From Coprothermobacterota bacterium (GTDB lineage: Bacteria > Coprothermobacterota > HKB111), in the NCBI GenBank assembly GCA_037440465.1, contig JBBIUB010000020.1:1-16829 (forward strand): a stretch of 16,829 nucleotides of DNA. The letters are read 5' to 3'. Below the pieces are notes generated by a model, which was given only the letters and a program-made list of their open reading frames with translations, ran no database searches and was not told the origin of the DNA. Below are positions 9,066 through 16,829 of the stretch, piece by piece. The stretch's first letter is position 1, and each line of letters opens with the position of its first letter. The translations under genes and the position numbers were made by a program.

Positions 9066-10233
9066 CCCCCTTTAAATCTGCATAGATTTTTTTTATTATA
9101 TTAAATCTCCAATTAAGTTTAGACTTATTATCTACATGTTTGTCAATATCAATGTTTAAAGCAAACTTAAGATAAGTTTCTATGTTAAATAGCTCTGTTG
9201 ACGGAGGAGTTTTCAGTGTTATAGATTTTACAGTCTGTCCTGTAACTTTATTTATCTTGAATTCTTTGTCGAAAAAGCCGTCGGGAATGGAATTTAGAAT
9301 TAGATATATTGTAAATTTCGTACTTTTCTTATCCTCTACCTCTAAATTTAAAGGTTTAAATGTAATCGGTGACTTAAATCTCTCTATTTCGTTTTTTTTG
9401 TCATACTGTAAATCAAAAGTGTAAGACCTATAAGCCTGCGATGGCGCAACACCTAACAAATCCCTCACAAGGTATTTGTTGCTGCCTAAAAAGGTTAACA
9501 TGTCAGAGGAAGGAAAGGTATTGCTTTGGGATTCAAGAGTTTTAGCATTAACAAACTTTGATTTTATCGCCTTTTTATCCCAGGTCCAATTCTTGCTTTT
9601 GGCATATAAAAACATTATCGACTTAAAGTAAAAATCTTTACTTTTGTTTTGACTTTTAATATTAATGCCACTTCGCAGTGTTCTATAAAATAAGTCAATA
9701 CTTTCGAATAGTTTCTTATACTTATTATAGGGGTCAATTTCCTTTGTACCCAAAGTGAAACGGTAATTCTCAAATTTACTTGGGTTTTCATAGAGGGAAT
9801 CTAAAGGGTCAATGTAAAAAGAGCCAAAACCCTTTGTCTGCCTCATTCCAAAATTGGTTTTAAAGAAAAACTTGGCAATGGATTCCCTAATTGTTTGAAT
9901 GACTTCTTCATTATAGGAAAGAAACCTTATTGTGATTATACCGTCAAAAAAAACAAATTTCTTTTCCCTATTAGGTCTTATATTAGCAAAGAAAGATGGG
10001 TAGGTATTTTCTATATCCCGAACATCTTTAGTACCTTCACCTAAATCAATTCGCACCTTATAAGGTAAGTTTCCCTTATCCCCAAAATATTTCTTTAGGC
10101 TTGGGTCATTCCTTTCTTTCAAAAATTTATCCAACTTTGGTTTCAACTCGGAAGCACGCAAAGTTGCTCCACTTTGGTCCCACTGAAAATGGATCATAGG
10201 AGTATGTTGCCTGACTTGTACAATTAGTTCCAC
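9049..10233 (-). CDS. cmr1: Type III-B Cmr1 (Cas7 family)
   Basis: QHTPMIHFQ..GATLRASELKPKLDKFL, NFGMRQTKGFGSF, VRDLLG, IERFKSPITFKP, the Cmr1 form typical of CorA-linked III-B loci; first cmr gene of the operon. Confidence 0.88.
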   Translation of the reverse strand: MELIVQVRQHTPMIHFQWDQSGATLRASELKPKLDKFLKERNDPSLKKYFGDKGNLPYKVRIDLGEGTKDVRDIENTYPSFFANIRPNREKKFVFFDGIITIRFLSYNEEVIQTIRESIAKFFFKTNFGMRQTKGFGSFYIDPLDSLYENPSKFENYRFTLGTKEIDPYNKYKKLFESIDLFYRTLRSGINIKSQNKSKDFYFKSIMFLYAKSKNWTWDKKAIKSKFVNAKTLESQSNTFPSSDMLTFLGSNKYLVRDLLGVAPSQAYRSYTFDLQYDKKNEIERFKSPITFKPLNLEVEDKKSTKFTIYLILNSIPDGFFDKEFKINKVTGQTVKSITLKTPPSTELFNIETYLKFALNIDIDKHVDNKSKLNWRFNIIKKIYADLKGGVKNG

Positions 10234-10239
10234 TTCTTA

Positions 10240-11730
10240 TCACCTCCCTTTCATAACAATTATAAGAGGAAGCCATAATATTATAAAAATTATGACTGTT
10301 AAAATAATAAATAACAAGCCGTTTATGATGTTAAAACCGAAAATAGGTATCTTAATGTTCGCAGAAAAAACACCCATATTAATAAGATGCACGGCAAGCA
10401 TTGGAGCAACTATAAAAAATGAAATTATCTGTAGTAATCGGAGACCTTTACTTATTTTTTTTTCATATAACATATCAACAAATTCATGCAACCTTTCTAT
10501 CTCATATCGCAGTTCCTTTAGTTGCTCTTCCAAGCCCATATTCTTAACAGCCATATTGTACATCTCTATTCCTTGCTCCTGGGGGGTAACCTCTGTAAAC
10601 CAGAGCTTATTTGTAAAACGGATAAAAGAAGAATAGAGGTATTTAACCTGCTCTACAATCTCTTCTGTCACTTTTGCCTTGCTTGTGATTTTCGAGATAT
10701 CATTTGAGAATTTAAGAATTGATGCTTTCTGGACAAGCAGGATAACGGCCATTTGGTAATATATTCTTTGCATATGATTCCTGATAGTTTTATATCCAAA
10801 ACCATTACTATTACTATCTGTTAAGCACATAAAACTATAGCGAGATATACCGTACAGGATGCCGTAATCAACCCATCTATTGTAAGTTACAGTTTTAATC
10901 AACTCCTTTTGCATTTCCTTACTTGCTATTCCTCCTCCTTGGTATCCGTCAACATAGATTAAGCTGTACCAAAAGTCGGAAGTTTCATATTCATACCCGA
11001 TTCCTTTTTTGCTACAAAGGCTTTTACTCAACTCATCATTTCCATACCAGCACAAAGTAAACATTCTATCATCAATAACAGGCATAACTTCTTTTTTAAG
11101 TGTTTCGCCAAGCAAATACTCCACATATTTTGCAACTTGAATTTCTGCTTTAAGGAAGTCTTCTGCTTTAAAGTCCTCACTAATCTCATCATTACCAAAA
11201 TGTAATATTATCTTATCCGCAAGAAAAGCTCCTTTTGTCTCTTCAATTCCTTTTTTCTCACCAATGAATTGGGGATATATTCTCCTGCCGAAATCATTAA
11301 TAATAAGGATATCTTCAGAAGAGGGGTATTCATAATTCAAAAGTTCGATTGTTAAGATACCAACATTTGTATTAAAAAGTCTTAAGGAAATGTGTATGAT
11401 TGGAAGAGCATAAGAATTTCCTTTAATGATAAATAAAACAATACTGGCATCATTAGGAATTGCTCTCTCAAAGTATAATGAAGTATTATCATTATTAATG
11501 CCACCTTCATTGAATATTGTTCGCCTGACATATTCGTGGAAATACACATATTCGTTGTATTTTGCTGCTGCATCTTCATCACCAAATTTAAAATCAAATG
11601 ATTTACAATCCCATCCATCTTTGATTAAAATATTCTTAAGATTTTCTAAGGTGTAATCTTTCTTTAATCTGAATGGGAACATAAATATGTGTTGCGAGAT
11701 TATCTTTTTGTCTAAATTAGTCTCAGTCAT
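10240..11730 (-). CDS. corA: CRISPR-associated CorA-family membrane effector
   Basis: HIFMFPF, YNEYVYFHEYVR, DILIINDFGRRIYPQF, PVIDDRMF, TYNRWVDYGILYGISRYSF, YYQMAVILLVQKASILKFS, FTEVTPQEQGIEMY and two C-terminal TM helices. GGAGGT RBS at 11740-11735. First gene of the cmr operon. Confidence 0.9.
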   Translation of the reverse strand: MTETNLDKKIISQHIFMFPFRLKKDYTLENLKNILIKDGWDCKSFDFKFGDEDAAAKYNEYVYFHEYVRRTIFNEGGINNDNTSLYFERAIPNDASIVLFIIKGNSYALPIIHISLRLFNTNVGILTIELLNYEYPSSEDILIINDFGRRIYPQFIGEKKGIEETKGAFLADKIILHFGNDEISEDFKAEDFLKAEIQVAKYVEYLLGETLKKEVMPVIDDRMFTLCWYGNDELSKSLCSKKGIGYEYETSDFWYSLIYVDGYQGGGIASKEMQKELIKTVTYNRWVDYGILYGISRYSFMCLTDSNSNGFGYKTIRNHMQRIYYQMAVILLVQKASILKFSNDISKITSKAKVTEEIVEQVKYLYSSFIRFTNKLWFTEVTPQEQGIEMYNMAVKNMGLEEQLKELRYEIERLHEFVDMLYEKKISKGLRLLQIISFFIVAPMLAVHLINMGVFSANIKIPIFGFNIINGLLFIILTVIIFIILWLPLIIVMKGR

Positions 11731-11902
11731 TTATACCTCCTTTTTTCATTTATCTCTTCCCCTTATAATATTCAAACTTTCTTATGTAACTATGTACTAT
11801 CCAAGTCTAAAAAAGTATTTTTTCCAATACGCAAATATTCCACATGTCCTCATTATAATTCTACAGGAAAATATATCATTCCTCGCATAATAATCTACTT
11901 AA

Positions 11903-12387
11903 TGTAAACCCCATAGAACCAATTAGATTTTTCAGTATCTTGCATAAATGCCTTTAAATAATTTAAAGGAAAGCCCAAAAAGGGATTCAGGAGAGTTTTG
12001 CTCTGGTAACAACTAAGCTACTCCCTTAAATTTCTGTTAAACTCCTGGTTATAAGAGAGTGCACTTAATTTCACCTCAACCTACTGTTTCTTGCATGGTT
12101 TCTCCTTGTATTCTCTCTTATGAACCTAATGAGAACTGGTGATGTTTTTCTCTTTTTCCGTTTTTTGGGCGTTATGGAAAAGGGATCTATGATAGATACG
12201 TCTACCATTTGGTCCCTGGTGGGCTCCTTGCAATACTTATCAAAGAACTCTATGACTCTTAACCTTTCCTGGCTTACTTCCTACTGTGGTTTAGGGGTAT
12301 GTTTAATTAACTACTTAATCCTATTAATCTTCCTCAGTAGATGAGAAAGATAGAGGTAGGTGACCTGCATCTAGCTTAAGCCTCCTT
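11903..12387 (-). mobile_element. Probable internally deleted IS481-like transposase relic
   Basis: AAGGAGG RBS (12387-12381), ATG at 12370, then MQVTYLYL..K*LIKHTPKPQ*EVSQERLRVIEFFDKYCKEPTRD..DPFSITPKKRKKRKTSPVLIRFIRE, resembling an IS481-type N-terminus, and EFNRNLRE*LSCY..FPLNYLKAFMQDTEKSN, resembling the C-terminus, ending at ACA (TGT at 11903 on +). No DDE core and no clear second inverted repeat. Confidence 0.45.
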
Positions 12388-12538
12388 AAATTCTTTAGCA
12401 AGCTCAGTTATTTACCATTTTTACTCAATCTACGAGTCCACTATATTTCTGAACTTCTGCGCCTTAGCCTATTAGAATTTGGAGGTCAGTGTCAGAAATT
12501 GGGTTCAGGCTTGACCATCTATACTTAAAAAGTCTGCA

Positions 12539-13033
12539 TTTCATTTGCGAACATTTTCATTGTTAATTAAAACAGATTAATATATATGTTATTATCTTAA
12601 TTAATTTGTTTTTAACTGCAAAACGAAGAGGTTAAAATAATTAAAATATCTTCGCAAATGATAGTTTAAGGTAGTAGGGTAATTATGATTTGCGAAGATT
12701 TTAGTTTTTGGGTAAATAATGCTTTCAGGATATATGATTAAATCAGGGTTATTTATAGGGGAAAAAGAGGTGTTTTGATAAATGTTCGCAAATCATTGTT
12801 CAGGGTAATATTTAAGTAGGATTTGCGAAGATTACTATGTAGTGTTTATCTTAGTTATATGCTATTAATATATCAAGTTGAAAGGATTTTAACCTTAAAT
12901 AGCTTATCATTTGCGAAGATTATTATTAAAGAAGTTTAAGGTTATTAACTAAAGGGATTATATCCTGATATATTAGGGTTGACATAGTTTAACCAGTTAA
13001 TATTGTTTATTGTATAATATAGTAATAACTGCG
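12539..13033 (+). promoter_or_regulatory. CRISPR leader with six ATTTGCGAA(G/C)AT(T/A) motifs and promoter-like boxes
   Basis: AT-rich, ORF-free, abuts the first intact repeat. Motifs at 12543(+), 12647(-), 12688(+), 12781(-), 12821(+), 12909(+). TTGACA at 12979-12984 (TATTGT 16 bp later) and TATAAT at 13013-13018. Confidence 0.8.
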
Positions 13034-13215
13034 GTTTTATAGGACTATTGACCCTGAGGGGGATTGAAACAGATAGTTAATGAGCTTCCTTCTCGTGAAA
13101 TACTGTTTTATAGGACTATTGACCCTGAGGGGGATTGAAACATAATTACTACTCCTGGGATCGACACCTTTAGAAGAAGTTTTATAGGACTATTGACCCT
13201 GAGGGGGATTGTGAG
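13034..13215 (+). CRISPR. Mini CRISPR array: three 37-bp repeats GTTTTATAGGACTATTGACCCTGAGGGGGATTGAAAC and two spacers (34 and 37 bp)
   Basis: Repeats at 13034-13070, 13105-13141 and 13179-13215 (last one ends GGATTGTGAG). Spacers 13071-13104 and 13142-13178. The ATTGAAAC 3' end, upstream leader and degenerate trailer repeat all give + orientation. Confidence 0.97.
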
Positions 13216-13249
13216 TTCATAAATAATTAAAAACAATATATAATTAATT

Positions 13250-14212
13250 GTGAACCTACAATTCCCTGAATTTTATCTTTCAAGGTATAGGTTTAAACTG
13301 GTATTAGAAGAAGATATTATGGTGCCAGTTTACAAGGGGTTTATGTTGCGCGGAGTTCTGGGCAGCTACCTCAAACAAATCACCTGTCCTGAATTAAAAA
13401 GTAAATGCGACCTGTGTACCATACAACATAACTGTCCCTATTGGTACTTATTTGAGATTAAACCATCTCAAATTCAACCAGAAAGTAATAAATATTTAGA
13501 TTACCCCCGACCTTATGTAATCCACCCTCCCTTAACTCCGATAAATATTTTTAAAAAGGGGGAAGAATTCTGTTTTGATTTTATCCTCATAGGAAAGGCT
13601 AATAAATATTTAATAGGGATAATTAGCGCTTTGGAATATTTGGAACAACAAGGATTAAGGGGTGATAAAGGTAAATTTCATATAGAAACCATAGAATCAA
13701 TAGGATTATCTGGAAAAAAATCTATTATCTATCAAAATGGAGTATTAAAAGACAATATCATTAAAATAAACTACCATGATTTTACTAACCTTAGCAAAGA
13801 TTTATTTACCATAACTCTTTTTTTTGAAACTCCCTTAAGAATTAAGGTTAACAATAAGTTAATGAACTTTGCTCCCTCCTTTGATCTTCTTATAAACAGC
13901 CTGTTCAAGAGGACTATGCTTTTAAATTACATGTTCTGCTCGGGAGAATATATTGAAGATACTGCTCAATTACTTGAAGAGGCTCATACGATATACATAT
14001 ACGATAAAAATGTTTATTGGCAGGAACTGGAAAGATATTCCGAAAGACAAGCTACAGAAATGCACCAGGGGGGGATGATAGGCTCAATTACCTATCATGG
14101 AAATCTTAGTGATTATTTACCAATTCTACAACTTGGTGAACTGATTAATGTTGGTAAATCCGTTACCTCAGGATTAGGTAAATATTCCTTATACTATGGA
14201 CCTTCTATATAG
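13250..14212 (+). CDS. cas6: Cas6 crRNA-processing endoribonuclease with N-terminal cysteine cluster
   Basis: YKGFMLRGVLG, C-x5-C-x2-C-x5-CPY, PRPYVI, FETPLRIK, ERYSERQ, GGMIGSITY and the C-terminal G-rich loop NVGKSVTSGLGKY. GTG start is uncertain. Confidence 0.93.
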   Translation: MNLQFPEFYLSRYRFKLVLEEDIMVPVYKGFMLRGVLGSYLKQITCPELKSKCDLCTIQHNCPYWYLFEIKPSQIQPESNKYLDYPRPYVIHPPLTPINIFKKGEEFCFDFILIGKANKYLIGIISALEYLEQQGLRGDKGKFHIETIESIGLSGKKSIIYQNGVLKDNIIKINYHDFTNLSKDLFTITLFFETPLRIKVNNKLMNFAPSFDLLINSLFKRTMLLNYMFCSGEYIEDTAQLLEEAHTIYIYDKNVYWQELERYSERQATEMHQGGMIGSITYHGNLSDYLPILQLGELINVGKSVTSGLGKYSLYYGPSI

Positions 14213-16481
14213 TCAAATATGTAGTTTTGATAATCTCTTTAGGGCATGGCTAATTGTAAAGAATAAAGGTTCATCTGGTGGGGTAGACGGTGTAAATATT
14301 AACAAGTTTGAAGATAATCTTGAAGAGAATTTAAAGTGCTTGACGAAAGAGCTTCTTTTTCATAAATATTTACCTCAACCTTATAAAGAGATAAAAATAC
14401 CAAAGGACGAAGACGAATACCGCTATCTGGGGCTTCCAACTATTAGAGATAAAATAGTCCAGCAAGCTGTGAAAGATGTTATTGAGCCAATTTTAGATAA
14501 AGAGTTTCTAAATGTTAGCTATGGATACAGAAAAAACAAAGGTCCAATTAAAGCTATTAATATGGTTTTTCACCTGTACAACAACGAAAAAAGGAAGTGG
14601 TTGACAAAATGTGACATAGATAATTTCTTTGATAATGTAGACCACTCTCTACTTTTCAAAATGTTAAATGAAAAAATCAAAGATGCATCAATCAACGAAC
14701 TCCTCAGGGTTTGGATCAAGATGGGAAAAGTTGATAGTAGTCTAAAATGGAAAGATTCTACCAGGGGTATCCCACAAGGAGCAATTATATCTCCCTTATT
14801 ATCAAATTTATATTTACATCCGCTTGATTACTCTTTGGTGAAAAAATGTTATGGTTATGTAAGATATGCTGATGACTTCATAGTTCTCAGTAAAAAAGAA
14901 GGTGAGGCTTATACAGCTCTTGAAGACATCAAACATGTTTTAGAAAACAGGTTGAAATTGCAATTAAATCCAAAAGTAGAGATAAAAAATGTGGAATTAG
15001 AGGAATTTGAATACCTGGGTATAACTTTTAAAGGTAATGAGCGTATTATAAGCTCTGATAAAATTGAAGAGATCAAAGATAAGATATCAAAAGAATTAGA
15101 AAATGATTTAACTGAATCCTTACAGAAAATAGAAGAAATTCTGAATGGGTTAGAAAATTATTATGGAAAAATTGTACCCAATAATTACCTTGAACCTATT
15201 GATGAATGGATAATACTTTGCCTTAAAGATAAAGTAAAATCTGATAGTAACTCAGGAAAACGCTTAAATAAAGACCAGATCGAAGAAAAGTTAAATAAGG
15301 TAAATTTTATTTCGGATAAATATAGAATATTGAAAAATAAAGTAGTTAAAGATATTATTTCCTACAGCATTAGGTTGAAGAAAGACTTTAAAGCAGTTGA
15401 TTTAGTCTATAAACCAATAATTGACCCTATCAAAAAAAGAAAAAAAGAATATCAAAAGCTTGAATCTAAAGGATTTGAATTGGTAGTTACTTCCCCGGGA
15501 AGTTTTATTGGTATTACAAAAAGAGGTATTTTACATAAAAATAAAGGAATTAAAGTTCAAGAAATTTCATATCATAAACTTAAGCATATTTTAATCTTAT
15601 CTAATGGGGTATCTATTTCTTCTAATTTAGTAGCTTATTGCTCAGAAAATAAAATACCTATTGACTATCTTGATTTTAATGGGAGAGTTTATGCAAGGAT
15701 GTATCCCCTTCAAGCAATTAATCCTCAGCTTCAGTTATCCCAGCTAAAAGCCATAGAAAGTTCTGCTGGTAGGTATCTGGCTAAGAGTTTTGTCATGGGA
15801 AAGGTTAGAAATCAATTTAATCTTACCAAGTATTTTTATAAGTATCATAAAAACAGAGACCCTGATTTCTCCAAAATTTATGAAGAAAAACAAAAAAACA
15901 TTGAATCTTTAATAGATGAACTTAAAAAAATTGATGACACAAACTTAGAATTATTCAGAGGCAAGCTATTCTCTTTAGAAGGTAGGGTTTCGCAATATTA
16001 TTGGGATATTATTCAACTTATTCTAAGTGGTTTCATAGTGTTTGACGGTAGAGAAAGGAGAGGAGCTACAGATCTGGTAAACTCCATATTGAATTATGGA
16101 TATGGCATATTATATTCTAAAGTCTGGGAAGCAGTAATAAGATCTGGCTTATCCCCATATATTAGCTACCTTCATAAACCGCAGAATGGCAAGCCAACTT
16201 TAATTTATGATTTAATTGAAGAGTTTAGAGCTCAGGGGGTTGACAGGATAGTTATTTCTCTGATAACAAAAGGTGCTGATTTATCTATGGTAAAAACCAG
16301 TCTTTCTCCAGAAACAAAGAAAAAATTAGTCAAAGAAGTTTTGGAAAAAATTAATAGTTATGAAAAATTTCGTGGTAGTGAATTAAGGTTTTATGAGATT
16401 ATCAGGGGTCAGGCTTTAGCGGTGGCAAAGTTCCTATCAGGAGAAAGAAAAAAATACTTGCCCTATTCAGCTAAGTGGTAA
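14196..16481 (+). CDS. cas1: Reverse transcriptase-Cas1 fusion (RT-Cas1)
   Basis: Group II intron-like RT motifs GGVDG, RYLGLPTIRDKIVQQA, SYGYR, CDIDNFFDNVDH, GIPQGAIISPLLSNLYL, YVRYADDF (YADD at 14865-14876), FEYLG. Cas1 motifs LEGRVSQYYW, NSILNYGYGILY, SYLH, LIYDLIEEFR. Confidence 0.96.
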   Translation: MDLLYSQICSFDNLFRAWLIVKNKGSSGGVDGVNINKFEDNLEENLKCLTKELLFHKYLPQPYKEIKIPKDEDEYRYLGLPTIRDKIVQQAVKDVIEPILDKEFLNVSYGYRKNKGPIKAINMVFHLYNNEKRKWLTKCDIDNFFDNVDHSLLFKMLNEKIKDASINELLRVWIKMGKVDSSLKWKDSTRGIPQGAIISPLLSNLYLHPLDYSLVKKCYGYVRYADDFIVLSKKEGEAYTALEDIKHVLENRLKLQLNPKVEIKNVELEEFEYLGITFKGNERIISSDKIEEIKDKISKELENDLTESLQKIEEILNGLENYYGKIVPNNYLEPIDEWIILCLKDKVKSDSNSGKRLNKDQIEEKLNKVNFISDKYRILKNKVVKDIISYSIRLKKDFKAVDLVYKPIIDPIKKRKKEYQKLESKGFELVVTSPGSFIGITKRGILHKNKGIKVQEISYHKLKHILILSNGVSISSNLVAYCSENKIPIDYLDFNGRVYARMYPLQAINPQLQLSQLKAIESSAGRYLAKSFVMGKVRNQFNLTKYFYKYHKNRDPDFSKIYEEKQKNIESLIDELKKIDDTNLELFRGKLFSLEGRVSQYYWDIIQLILSGFIVFDGRERRGATDLVNSILNYGYGILYSKVWEAVIRSGLSPYISYLHKPQNGKPTLIYDLIEEFRAQGVDRIVISLITKGADLSMVKTSLSPETKKKLVKEVLEKINSYEKFRGSELRFYEIIRGQALAVAKFLSGERKKYLPYSAKW

Positions 16482-16759
16482 TGAAACAATTATTTGTTAT
16501 TGCTTATGATATTAAAGATGATAGTAAGCGGCTTGAAATAAGTAATCTTCTCTCTCGGTATGGTAAAAGAGTTAATTTCAGCGTCTTTGAGATTCTTCTA
16601 AACAAGAGAGAAATCAAATGTATAAGTACTATTTTAAGAAAGAAGATTGCTCGTAATAAAGATAGAATAATTATTTACCAATTATGCTGGAGCTGTAAAG
16701 GTAAAATAGATAGATTAGGTTACAAACAACCAAAAGAAGAAATAGTAACCATTCTGTAA
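16481..16759 (+). CDS. cas2: Cas2
   Basis: VIAYDIKDDSKR..LSRYGKRVNFSVFE..DRIIIYQLCWSC. The ATG at 16481 overlaps the RT-cas1 stop (TAATG). Confidence 0.95.
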   Translation: MKQLFVIAYDIKDDSKRLEISNLLSRYGKRVNFSVFEILLNKREIKCISTILRKKIARNKDRIIIYQLCWSCKGKIDRLGYKQPKEEIVTIL

Positions 16760-16774
16760 TTATAGAGTATTAAG

Positions 16775-16829
16775 TTTCATTTGCGAACATTTTCATTGTT
16801 AATTAAAACAGATTAATATATATGTTATT
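16775..16829 (+). repeat. Exact 55-bp direct repeat of 12539-12593 (start of a second leader copy), truncated by the window end
   Basis: TTTCATTTGCGAACATTTTCATTGTTAATTAAAACAGATTAATATATATGTTATT is identical at both sites; the preceding bases differ. Confidence 0.95.

Noticed and set aside
339..11656. Remaining short ORFs in the track (e.g. 339-548, 1809-1991, 1937-2161, 2587-2814, 3004-3219, 4356-4598, 7086-7274, 7429-7683, 8384-8629, 9182-9424, 10292-10636, 11382-11618)
   Set aside because: All are antisense or alternate-frame shadows of well-supported genes, with no protein motifs.
12120..12344. 74-aa plus-strand ORF, and the 67-aa ORF at 11687-11890, as candidate accessory genes such as a SAM lyase
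   Set aside because: No recognisable motifs or RBS. The first is antisense to the transposase-like relic and the second overlaps the corA start on the opposite strand.
12979..13018. TTGACA plus TATAAT as one perfect promoter
   Set aside because: The boxes are 28 bp apart, too far for a single sigma70 promoter; at best they belong to two overlapping weaker promoters.
14196..15050. RT as a group II intron, retron or DGR enzyme
   Set aside because: It is fused in frame to a complete Cas1 between cas6 and cas2, leaving no room for intron RNA, and no template/variable repeat pair is visible.

Overview
AT-rich bacterial window dominated by a type III-B CRISPR-Cas locus. Minus strand: corA-cmr1-cas10(cmr2)-cmr3-cmr4-cmr5-cmr6, followed by a frameshifted, 5'-truncated second corA paralogue (~3517-4170) that the ORF track shows only as a 76-aa fragment. 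Cas10 lacks an HD domain and has acidic residues at positions that appear to match the SAM-AMP-synthesising (Bacteroides fragilis-like) clade, but its catalytic motif reads CGDD instead of GGDD. No NrN, DEDD or SAM-lyase off-switch gene is recognisable in the window. Divergently on the plus strand: a ~490-bp leader with six phased ATTTGCGAA(G/C)AT motifs, a 3-repeat/2-spacer mini-array, cas6, an RT-Cas1 fusion and cas2. The last 55 bp of the window exactly repeat the start of the leader, implying a second leader/array beyond the edge. A probable IS481-like relic lies between the two modules. The left flank holds an HTH-MNT/HEPN toxin-antitoxin pair with a clear promoter and palindromic operator, and a frameshifted secreted Ig-repeat/NAGPA/copper-amine-oxidase-N-terminal protein gene. 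Family assignments come from motif recognition only; no searches were run.
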